From positions 3,343,088-3,407,087 of the forward strand of contig OZ218960.1 in NCBI GenBank assembly GCA_965112735.1: a stretch of 64,000 nt of DNA, given 5' to 3'. This stretch comes from Phaeosaccion multiseriatum. Taxonomy: Eukaryota; Protista; Ochrophyta, other classes. Each line of letters begins with the position of its first letter. Position 1 is the first letter of the stretch. The notes below the pieces were generated by a model. The model made no database searches, was not told the DNA's origin, and saw only the letters and a list, made by a program, of their open reading frames with translations. Positions 49,484 through 59,200 of the stretch are shown here, one piece after another. A program made the translations under genes and the position numbers.

Positions 49484-51541
49484 CTACACGCGGCTCACAA
49501 TGCCGAGCAGCTCCTCACGCGTAGCCGGGATGGCGTTGCATTCTATCCAACCATGGCCGGCGCGGCGACAAGTCATGCAGTTAAATGGGGCATTGCCGTT
49601 GCCACGCTGCTTGACCGGGCCGTGGAACAGCAAGGGCCGCTGCTGGGTGGGCGTGAGCCGCGGCTGCTGCGCCGGCTGCTGCTGCTGTTGCTGCTGCTGC
49701 TGCTCCACTGCATTCACCCCCACCTCCAGATGCTGCTCCACCGAATTCACGGCCACTTCCAGATGCTGCTCCACCGCATTCACGGCCACTCCCCCGCGCG
49801 GAGTGCGCAGACCACCACCACCACCACGGGTCCGCGGAGCCCCACCAGTAGAAGAGAGCGTAAGTGGACTACCAGCCTGGAGCACACGAGTCGCGGAAGG
49901 AAATGCCTTCTTGTAGGCGGTGTAGAAGGCACTCCACGAGGGGGTCGCCGACTCCCAGCGCAGCCAGAAGTTGGTCATGCCGTCAGTTAATGGCAACGAG
50001 CCGGAACGAAGCCGAATGTCGACCTCTGGCCGCAGCACCGCCAGCAGGCCCGTAACCAAGGCTTGCTCATCCGTGGCCTGCCCCGTCACCTGCGCTAGAC
50101 ACAGAGAGAGTTCCGCCAGCTTGGTGAGCAGCCTGGCGAGCGCCTGGTTCACCTCAGCAGGAACGGTGGACGCTTCCAGAGGCTTGGCCTCCCGCACCAA
50201 CGTCTGGACAAGCTGCTGGAGGCCGTCTCGCGCAACAGGAACGCCGAAGAGACGCAACAGACACCTCGCGAGCAATTGGAACTGTGCACTCTCCGTCTCC
50301 CACTCCAACGTGACGTGCCGGTCGCCCTCCATCCACGACGCACCCTTCTGAGCCTCCGCCAGGACAGTGGCCCGATCCACTGCACCCAAGTCGGCCAGCA
50401 CTCGCTGCTCCATCACCCGCCCTTGGCCCGGAAGCACGGACCCAGTAGAAGTCAAGATCTCCTGTCCTTGCAGAATGCTCACCCAGTCGTACATGGTTGT
50501 GAGCACCACAGCACGAGGATGAGGCTGTCCAGCCGCATCGAATAGAGAGGGAAGTTTCTGCTCCTGGAGCACACGGATAGCACTCACGGGCGGCGTGATC
50601 GTCTGCACCGTAGGACGGGCGGGCGCCTGCAGCACACCCAGTGCCTGCTGCCGTGCCCGCTCCCGCTCCCGTTCCATGTCCCGCTGTAGCATATCCTTAA
50701 CCTGCTGCTGCAGCACCTCTACCCCCCCCTGTGCGGCATCCTTAACCTGCTGGAGCTGCGCCGCTAACAGCTCCCGCTGCATCGTCTCCACCTCCAACTG
50801 GGCAGCACCCTCAGGCGCAGCCGGCTGCGGCTGCGCCGCCATCTGTCGCTGCAGCTCCGCCGCCACCTGCTGCTGCAGCTCCACCGCAAACTCCCGCTGC
50901 TGCTCCGCCCTCGAGAGCCGCAGCACCTCCAGTTCCCGCTGGAGGGCCGCCGTCTCCGCCTTGCTCTCCCGCAGTTGGGCCGCCATGAGCTGCGCAGCTT
51001 GGTGCTGCGTCAGCATCTCAAGCCCCTCCTGGAGAACCCGAGTGTCCTCCTGCTCCGGTGTCTTCTCTCCCTCCGCTGGCTGATCCACCACCCGAGCCCC
51101 GCCAGACGCACCAACAAGAGGGACCAAGGGCGTTCCAACCACATCCCACACCGTGCTCTCCTCCTGGCCCACCGACTCTGCAGCACCCGAGTGGAAAGAA
51201 ACCTCCGACTCCGCCACCGGCAGCGGCCTCACCCCAGCAGCAGGAGGGGAAGCGGCAGCAGCCGTAATCGCAGACCCCTCACAAAAAGAGGGCGACTCCA
51301 GGGACTCCTCCCCCCTACGCAACGCCTCCCGCACACGGTCCAAAGCCCCAGGGCTGGCAGTGACCTCCGCAGGAGGAGCAGCAGCTTCCGATACCACCGA
51401 CCCCACGTCCGCAGCACCACCATCAGCTCCACCGCCCTCAGCGTCACTCGTAGCGCCCTCCGCCGATGCAAGACTCAGGACGTCCATCCCCTCCTCCTCA
51501 GCCATTGCCACCCTAGCAGCGTGGCGACGCAGGAAGTCCAT
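49484..51541 (-). CDS. gag: Gag with coiled-coil region and a CCHC zinc knuckle
   Basis: CMTCRRAGHGWIEC (C-X2-C-X4-H-X4-C) near the C-terminus; first ATG at 51541, 143 nt downstream of the 5' LTR. Confidence 0.85.
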   Translation of the reverse strand: MDFLRRHAARVAMAEEEGMDVLSLASAEGATSDAEGGGADGGAADVGSVVSEAAAPPAEVTASPGALDRVREALRRGEESLESPSFCEGSAITAAAASPPAAGVRPLPVAESEVSFHSGAAESVGQEESTVWDVVGTPLVPLVGASGGARVVDQPAEGEKTPEQEDTRVLQEGLEMLTQHQAAQLMAAQLRESKAETAALQRELEVLRLSRAEQQREFAVELQQQVAAELQRQMAAQPQPAAPEGAAQLEVETMQRELLAAQLQQVKDAAQGGVEVLQQQVKDMLQRDMERERERARQQALGVLQAPARPTVQTITPPVSAIRVLQEQKLPSLFDAAGQPHPRAVVLTTMYDWVSILQGQEILTSTGSVLPGQGRVMEQRVLADLGAVDRATVLAEAQKGASWMEGDRHVTLEWETESAQFQLLARCLLRLFGVPVARDGLQQLVQTLVREAKPLEASTVPAEVNQALARLLTKLAELSLCLAQVTGQATDEQALVTGLLAVLRPEVDIRLRSGSLPLTDGMTNFWLRWESATPSWSAFYTAYKKAFPSATRVLQAGSPLTLSSTGGAPRTRGGGGGLRTPRGGVAVNAVEQHLEVAVNSVEQHLEVGVNAVEQQQQQQQQQPAQQPRLTPTQQRPLLFHGPVKQRGNGNAPFNCMTCRRAGHGWIECNAIPATREELLGIVSRV

Positions 51542-51674
51542 CCCCTCCTCAGCCAGTGCCACCCTAGCAAGCCTAAAGCCGTCAACGGCCTAACGCTGGG
51601 CAGCTGGAAGCAAAGCTCAAGCCAACACAATAAATCAGTCTCAAAGCTGGATCTCAGACCTGTGTCTTTCGGGT

Positions 51675-51683
51675 CTTCCGGGT
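51675..51683 (-). promoter_or_regulatory. Non-tRNA primer-binding site ACCCGGAAG, complementary to LTR positions 51747-51755 (self-priming candidate)
   Basis: Directly abuts the LTR-terminal CA; no TGG; exact 9-nt inverted match inside the LTR. Confidence 0.65.
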
Positions 51684-51878
51684 TGTCGAAACTACCGACA
51701 GCTAGCCTCAAAGCCAAGCTAGAGCAGAGCAGAAGCTGAAGCAAGCACCCGGAAGCCAGCCCACACGCAGGCTGCGCTTCCTTTCTTTATTACTGATTTA
51801 CCGTCTAGTTGGCCCGTTTTCCGGCCGTTACACTACTGATTGGGTCCCCAAGGGACCCCAACTAGGCCACTTCTAACA
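51684..51878 (-). repeat. 5' LTR (195 bp)
   Basis: Identical by eye to 39247-39441. Confidence 0.97.
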
Positions 51879-54800
51879 CACGGGAGGGTTGAGCAACGCC
51901 TTCTGTGGGCCGGTGGGGTTGAAATGGTGCCACCACGGTCGCAATGAGTCTGCGCTGCGTCTATGGTGTGCTCGGCGGGGCTGAACATGGGCCTCTGTGG
52001 GGTTGAACAGGCCCATCTGTGGACCCGGGTGGGCAATCTGGGTCTGATTTCGGAACGGTAGGGTTGAACAATGCCTTGTGTGGGCCGATGGGGTTGAAAT
52101 GGTCCCACCATGGTCGCAACGAGTCTGCGCGGCGTCTATGGTGTGCTCGGCGGGGTTGAACATGGGCCTCCGTGGGGTTGAACAGGCCCATCAGTGGGCC
52201 CCGGTGGGCAATCTGGGCCTGATTTCGGCACGGGAGGGTTGAACAATGCCTTCCATGGGCCGGTGGGGTTGAAATGGTCCCACCATGGTCGCAATGAGTG
52301 TGCATCGCGTCAATGGTGTGCTCGGTGGGGATGAACATGGGCCTCTGTGGGGTTGAACAGGCCCATCTGTGGACCCCGGTGGGCAATCTGGGCCTGATTT
52401 CGACACGGGAGGGTTGAACAATGCCTTGTGTGGGCCGGGGGGGTTGAAATGGTCCCACCATGGTCGCAATGAGTCTTCGATGCGTCTATGGTGTGCTCGG
52501 TGGGGTTGAACACGGGCCTCTGTGGGGTTGAACAGGCCCATCTGTGGCCCCCGGTGGGCAATCTGGGCCTGATTTCGGCACGGGAGGGTTGAACAATCGC
52601 TTCCATGGGCCGGTGGTGTTGAAATGGTGCCACCATAATCGCGATGAGTCTTCGATGCGTCCATGGTGTGCTCGGCGGGGTTGAACACGGGCCTCTGTGG
52701 GGTTGAACAGGCCCATCTGTGGGCCCCGGTGGGCAATCTGGGCCTGATTTCGGCACGGGAGGGTTGAACAATCGCTTCCATGGGACGGTGGGGTTAAAAT
52801 GGGCCCACCACGGTGGCAATGAGTCTTCGATGCGTCTATGGTGTGCTCGGTGGGGTTGAACATGGGCCTCTGTGGGGTTGAACAGGCCCATCTGTGGGCC
52901 CCGGTGGGCAATCTTGGGCCTGATTTCGGCACGGGAGGGTTGAACAATGCCTTCCATGGGCCGGTGGGGTTGAAATGGTCCCACCATGGTCGCAATGAGT
53001 GTGCATCGCGTCTATGGTGTGCTCGGTGGGGTTGAACATGGACATCTATGGGGTTGAACAGGCCCATCTGTGGGCACCCCCTGTGGGCAATCTGGGCCTG
53101 ATTTCGACACGGGAGGGTTGAACAATGCCTTCCATGGGCCGGTGTGGTTGAAATGGTCCCACCATGGTGGCAATGAGTCTGCGATGCGTCGAAGGTGCGC
53201 TCGGCGGGGTTGAACATGGGCCTCTGTGGGGTTGAACAGGCCCATCTGTGGACCCCGGTGGGCAATCTGGGCCTGATTTCGACACGGGAGGGTTGAACAA
53301 TGCCTTCTGGGGGCCGGTGGGGTTGAAATGGTCCCACCATGGTGGCAATGAGTCTTCGATGCGTCTATGGTGTGCTCGGTGGGGTTGAACACGGGCCTCT
53401 GCGGGGTTGAACAGGCCCATCTGTGGGCCCCGGTGGGCAATCTGGGCCTGATTTCGGCACGGGAGGGTTGAACAATCGCTTCCATGGGCCGGTGGGGTTG
53501 AAATGGTCCCACCATGGTCGCAATGAGTGTGCATCGCGTCAATGGTGTGCTCGGTGGGGATGAACATGGGCCTCTGTGGGGTTGAACAGGCCCATCTGTG
53601 GCGCCCCCACGGTGGGCAAAATCTGGGCCTGATTTCGACCCGGGAGGGTTGAACAATGGCTTCCATGGGCCGGTGGGGTTGAAATGGTCCCAACATGGTC
53701 GCAACGAGTCTGCGATGCGTCCATGGTGCGCTCGGCGGGGTTGAACATGGGCCTCTGTGGGGTTGAACAGGCCCATCTGTGGGCCCCGGTGGGCAATCTG
53801 GGCCTGATTTCGGCACGGGAGGGTTGAACAATGCCTTCCATGGGCCGGTGGGGTTGAAATGGTCCCACCATGGTCGCAACGAGTCTGCGCGGCGTCTATG
53901 GTGTGCTCGGCGGGGTTGAACATGGGTCTCCGTGGGGTTGAACAGGCCCATCTGTGGGCTCCCCCGGTGGGCAATCTGGGCCTGATTTCGACACGGGAGG
54001 GTTGAACAATGCCTTCCATGGGCCGGTGGGGTTGAAATGGTCCCACCATGGTCGCAATGAGTCTGCGCTGCGTCCATGGTGCGCTCGGCGGGGTTGAACA
54101 TGGGCCTCTGTGGGGTTGAACAGGCCCATCTGTGGGCTCCCCCGGTGGGCAATCTGGGCCTGATTTCGACCCGGGAGGGTTGAACAATGCCTTCCATGGG
54201 CCGGCGGGGTTGAAATGGTCCCACCATGGTCGCAATGAGTGTGCCGGGCGTCTATGGCGCGCTCGGCGGGGTTGAACATGGACCTCTGTGGGGTTGAACA
54301 GGCCCATCTGTGGGCACCCCCCGGTGGGCAATCTGGGCCTGATTTCGACATGGGAGGGTTGAACAATGCCTTCCATGGGCCGGTGGGGTTGAAATGGTCC
54401 CACCATGGTCGCAATGAGTGTGCAACGCGTCTATGGTGCGCTCGGCGGGGCTGAACATGGGCCTCTGTGGGGTTGAACAGGCCCATCTGTGGGCACCCCC
54501 GGTGGGCAATCTGGGCCTGATTTCGACACGGGAGGGTTGAACAATGCCTTCTGTGGGCCGGTGTGGTTGAAATGGTCCCACCATGGTCGCAACGAGTCTG
54601 CGATGCGTCCATGGTGCGCTCGGCGGGGTTGAACATGAACCGCTGTGGTGTTGAACAGGCCCATCTGTGGGCCCCGGTGGGCAATCTGGGCCTGATTTCG
54701 ACATGGGAGGGTTGAACAATGCCTTCGATGGGTCGGTGGGGTTGAAATGGTCCCACCATGGTGGCAATGAGTCGGCATCGCGTCCGTGGTGCGCTCGGCG

Positions 54801-56105
54801 GGGTTGAACATGGACCTCTGTGGGGTTGAACAGGCCCATCTGTGGGTCCCCCTCGGTCGGCAATCTGGGCCTGATTTCGACCCGGGAGGGTTGAACAATG
54901 CCTGCCATGGGCCGGTGGGGTTGAATAGGTCCCACCATGGTCGCAATGAGTGTGTGCTGCGTCCATGGTGCGCTCGGCGGGGTTGAACATGGACCTCTGT
55001 GGGGTTGAACAGGCCCATCTGTGGGCACCCCCGGTGGGCAATCTGGGCCTGATTTCGACACGGGAGGGTTGAACAATGCCTTCCATGGGCCGGTGGGGTT
55101 GAAATGGTCCCACCATGGTGGCAATGAGTCTGCGCGGCGTCCATGGTGCGCTCGGCGGGGTTAAACATGGACCTCTGTGGGGTTGAACAGGCCCATCTGT
55201 GGGTCCCCCCCGGTGGGCAATCTGGGCCTGATTTCGACCCGGGAGGGTTGAACAATCGCTTCCATGGACCGGTGGGGTTGAAATGGCCCCACCATGGTCG
55301 CAATGAGTCTGCCGGGCGTCTATGGTGCGCTCGGCGGGGTTGAACATGGACCTCTGTGGGGTTGAACAGGCCCATCTGTGGGTCCCCCCCGGTGGGCAAT
55401 CTGGGCCTGATTTCGACATGGGAGGGTTGAACAATGCCTTCCATGGGCCGGTGGGGTTGAAATGGTCCCACCATGGTCGCAATGAGTCTGCGCGGCGTCA
55501 ATGGTGCGCTCGGCGGGGTTGAACATGGACCGCTGTGGGGTTGAACAGGCCCATCTGTGGGCCCCGGTGGACAATCTGGGCCTGATTTCGACACGGGAGG
55601 GTGGAACAATGGCTTCCATGCACCGGTGGGGTTAAAATGGTCTAACCACGGTCGCAATGAGTGTGTATCGCGTCCATGGTGCGCTCGGCGGGGTTGAACA
55701 TGGGCCTCTGTGGGGTTGAACAGGCCCATCTGTGGGCACCCCCGGTGGGCAATCTGGGCCTGATTTCGACATGGGAGGGTTGAACAATGCCTTCCATGGG
55801 CCGGTGGGGTTGAAATGGTCCCACCATGGTCGCAATGAGTGTGCGCGACGTCCATGGTGCGCTCGGTGGGGTTGAACATGGACCGCTGTGGGGTTGAACA
55901 GGCCCATCTGTGGGCCCCGGTGGGCAATCTGGGCCTGATTTCGACCCGGGAGGGTTGAACAATGCCTTCTGTGGGCCGGTGGGGTTGAAATGGTCCCACC
56001 ATGGTCGCAATGAGTGTACGCGGCGTCTATGGTGCGCTCGGCGGGGTTGAACATGGACCTCTGTGGGGTTGAACAGGCCCATCTGTGGGTTCCCCCGGTG
56101 GGCAA
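51879..56105. repeat. 175-179 bp satellite, right part (~24 monomers)
   Basis: Anchors at 51887, 52062, 52237 (175-bp period) and 55067, 55246 (179-bp period); four GGGTTGAA motifs per monomer. Confidence 0.97.
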
Positions 56106-56238
56106 GGGTTAGGGTTAAAGGCTTGTTCGCTTAAGTTGTCAAAATAGGGGTCCGAGTTAGAGGTCGAGAGGCACACCGTTGGATAGCCTAGGGTGAGGGC
56201 TTTAATATTGACCTTATATCATAGGTCGAACTCGGTTT

Positions 56239-59200
56239 AGGCCAGGGCCAGGGCCAGGCCAGGCCAGGCCAGGCCAGGCCAGGCCAGGCCAGGCCAGGCC
56301 AGGCCAGGCCAGGCCAGGCCAGGCCAGGCCAGGCCAGGCCAGGCCAGGCCAGGCCAGGCCAGGCCAGGCCAGGCCAGGCCAGGCCAGGCCAGGCCAGGCC
56401 AGGCCAGGCCAGGCCAGGCCAGGCCAGGCCAGGCCAGGCCAGGCCAGGCCAGGCCAGGCCAGGCCAGGCCAGGCCAGGCCAGGCCAGGCCAGGCCAGGCC
56501 AGGCCAGGCCAGGCCAGGCCAGGCCAGGCCAGGCCAGGCCAGGCCAGGCCAGGCCAGGCCAGGCCAGGCCAGGCCAGGCCAGGCCAGGCCAGGCCAGGCC
56601 AGGCCAGGCCAGGCCAGGCCAGGCCAGGCCAGGCCAGGCCAGGCCAGGCCAGGCCAGGCCAGGCCAGGCCAGGCCAGGCCAGGCCAGGCCAGGCCAGGCC
56701 AGGCCAGGCCAGGCCAGGCCAGGCCAGGCCAGGCCAGGCCAGGCCAGGCCAGGCCAGGCCAGGCCAGGCCAGGCCAGGCCAGGCCAGGCCAGGCCAGGCC
56801 AGGCCAGGCCAGGCCAGGCCAGGCCAGGCCAGGCCAGGCCAGGCCAGGCCAGGCCAGGCCAGGCCAGGCCAGGCCAGGCCAGGCCAGGCCAGGCCAGGCC
56901 AGGCCAGGCCAGGCCAGGCCAGGCCAGGCCAGGCCAGGCCAGGCCAGGCCAGGCCAGGCCAGGCCAGGCCAGGCCAGGCCAGGCCAGGCCAGGCCAGGCC
57001 AGGCCAGGCCAGGCCAGGCCAGGCCAGGCCAGGCCAGGCCAGGCCAGGCCAGGCCAGGCCAGGCCAGGCCAGGCCAGGCCAGGCCAGGCCAGGCCAGGCC
57101 AGGCCAGGCCAGGCCAGGCCAGGCCAGGCCAGGCCAGGCCAGGCCAGGCCAGGCCAGGCCAGGCCAGGCCAGGCCAGGCCAGGCCAGGCCAGGCCAGGCC
57201 AGGCCAGGCCAGGCCAGGCCAGGCCAGGCCAGGCCAGGCCAGGCCAGGCCAGGCCAGGCCAGGCCAGGCCAGGCCAGGCCAGGCCAGGCCAGGCCAGGCC
57301 AGGCCAGGCCAGGCCAGGCCAGGCCAGGCCAGGCCAGGCCAGGCCAGGCCAGGCCAGGCCAGGCCAGGCCAGGCCAGGCCAGGCCAGGCCAGGCCAGGCC
57401 AGGCCAGGCCAGGCCAGGCCAGGCCAGGCCAGGCCAGGCCAGGCCAGGCCAGGCCAGGCCAGGCCAGGCCAGGCCAGGCCAGGCCAGGCCAGGCCAGGCC
57501 AGGCCAGGCCAGGCCAGGCCAGGCCAGGCCAGGCCAGGCCAGGCCAGGCCAGGCCAGGCCAGGCCAGGCCAGGCCAGGCCAGGCCAGGCCAGGCCAGGCC
57601 AGGCCAGGCCAGGCCAGGCCAGGCCAGGCCAGGCCAGGCCAGGCCAGGCCAGGCCAGGCCAGGCCAGGCCAGGCCAGGCCAGGCCAGGCCAGGCCAGGCC
57701 AGGCCAGGCCAGGCCAGGCCAGGCCAGGCCAGGCCAGGCCAGGCCAGGCCAGGCCAGGCCAGGCCAGGCCAGGCCAGGCCAGGCCAGGCCAGGCCAGGCC
57801 AGGCCAGGCCAGGCCAGGCCAGGCCAGGCCAGGCCAGGCCAGGCCAGGCCAGGCCAGGCCAGGCCAGGCCAGGCCAGGCCAGGCCAGGCCAGGCCAGGCC
57901 AGGCCAGGCCAGGCCAGGCCAGGCCAGGCCAGGCCAGGCCAGGCCAGGCCAGGCCAGGCCAGGCCAGGCCAGGCCAGGCCAGGCCAGGCCAGGCCAGGCC
58001 AGGCCAGGCCAGGCCAGGCCAGGCCAGGCCAGGCCAGGCCAGGCCAGGCCAGGCCAGGCCAGGCCAGGCCAGGCCAGGCCAGGCCAGGCCAGGCCAGGCC
58101 AGGCCAGGCCAGGCCAGGCCAGGCCAGGCCAGGCCAGGCCAGGCCAGGCCAGGCCAGGCCAGGCCAGGCCAGGCCAGGCCAGGCCAGGCCAGGCCAGGCC
58201 AGGCCAGGCCAGGCCAGGCCAGGCCAGGCCAGGCCAGGCCAGGCCAGGCCAGGCCAGGCCAGGCCAGGCCAGGCCAGGCCAGGCCAGGCCAGGCCAGGCC
58301 AGGCCAGGCCAGGCCAGGCCAGGCCAGGCCAGGCCAGGCCAGGCCAGGCCAGGCCAGGCCAGGCCAGGCCAGGCCAGGCCAGGCCAGGCCAGGCCAGGCC
58401 AGGCCAGGCCAGGCCAGGCCAGGCCAGGCCAGGCCAGGCCAGGCCAGGCCAGGCCAGGCCAGGCCAGGCCAGGCCAGGCCAGGCCAGGCCAGGCCAGGCC
58501 AGGCCAGGCCAGGCCAGGCCAGGCCAGGCCAGGCCAGGCCAGGCCAGGCCAGGCCAGGCCAGGCCAGGCCAGGCCAGGCCAGGCCAGGCCAGGCCAGGCC
58601 AGGCCAGGCCAGGCCAGGCCAGGCCAGGCCAGGCCAGGCCAGGCCAGGCCAGGCCAGGCCAGGCCAGGCCAGGCCAGGCCAGGCCAGGCCAGGCCAGGCC
58701 AGGCCAGGCCAGGCCAGGCCAGGCCAGGCCAGGCCAGGCCAGGCCAGGCCAGGCCAGGCCAGGCCAGGCCAGGCCAGGCCAGGCCAGGCCAGGCCAGGCC
58801 AGGCCAGGCCAGGCCAGGCCAGGCCAGGCCAGGCCAGGCCAGGCCAGGCCAGGCCAGGCCAGGCCAGGCCAGGCCAGGCCAGGCCAGGCCAGGCCAGGCC
58901 AGGCCAGGCCAGGCCAGGCCAGGCCAGGCCAGGCCAGGCCAGGCCAGGCCAGGCCAGGCCAGGCCAGGCCAGGCCAGGCCAGGCCAGGCCAGGCCAGGCC
59001 AGGCCAGGCCAGGCCAGGCCAGGCCAGGCCAGGCCAGGCCAGGCCAGGCCAGGCCAGGCCAGGCCAGGCCAGGCCAGGCCAGGCCAGGCCAGGCCAGGCC
59101 AGGCCAGGCCAGGCCAGGCCAGGCCAGGCCAGGCCAGGCCAGGCCAGGCCAGGCCAGGCCAGGCCAGGCCAGGCCAGGCCAGGCCAGGCCAGGCCAGGCC

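Larger units (their letters stand above)
39247..51878 (-). mobile_element. Full-length Ty3/gypsy (chromovirus-type) LTR retrotransposon, 12632 bp, 4-bp TSD CACG
   Basis: Identical 195-bp LTRs with TG...CA ends; CACG at 39243-39246 and 51879-51882; PPT GAGGGGGA before the 3' LTR; domain order gag-PR-RT-RH-(exo)-IN-chromo. Confidence 0.97.

Noticed and set aside
51660-51683. Canonical tRNA primer-binding site
   Set aside because: No TGG next to the LTR end; the self-complementary match explains the site better.
51833-56105. Long minus-strand ORFs (up to 528 aa) with repeated MVGPFQPHRP peptides
   Set aside because: They are translations of the satellite, which has few stops on that strand; frames shift with monomer length.
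38725-56105. CRISPR-like regular repeats
   Set aside because: Sequences between the GGGTTGAA motifs are themselves repeated, not unique spacers; no cas genes; eukaryotic context.
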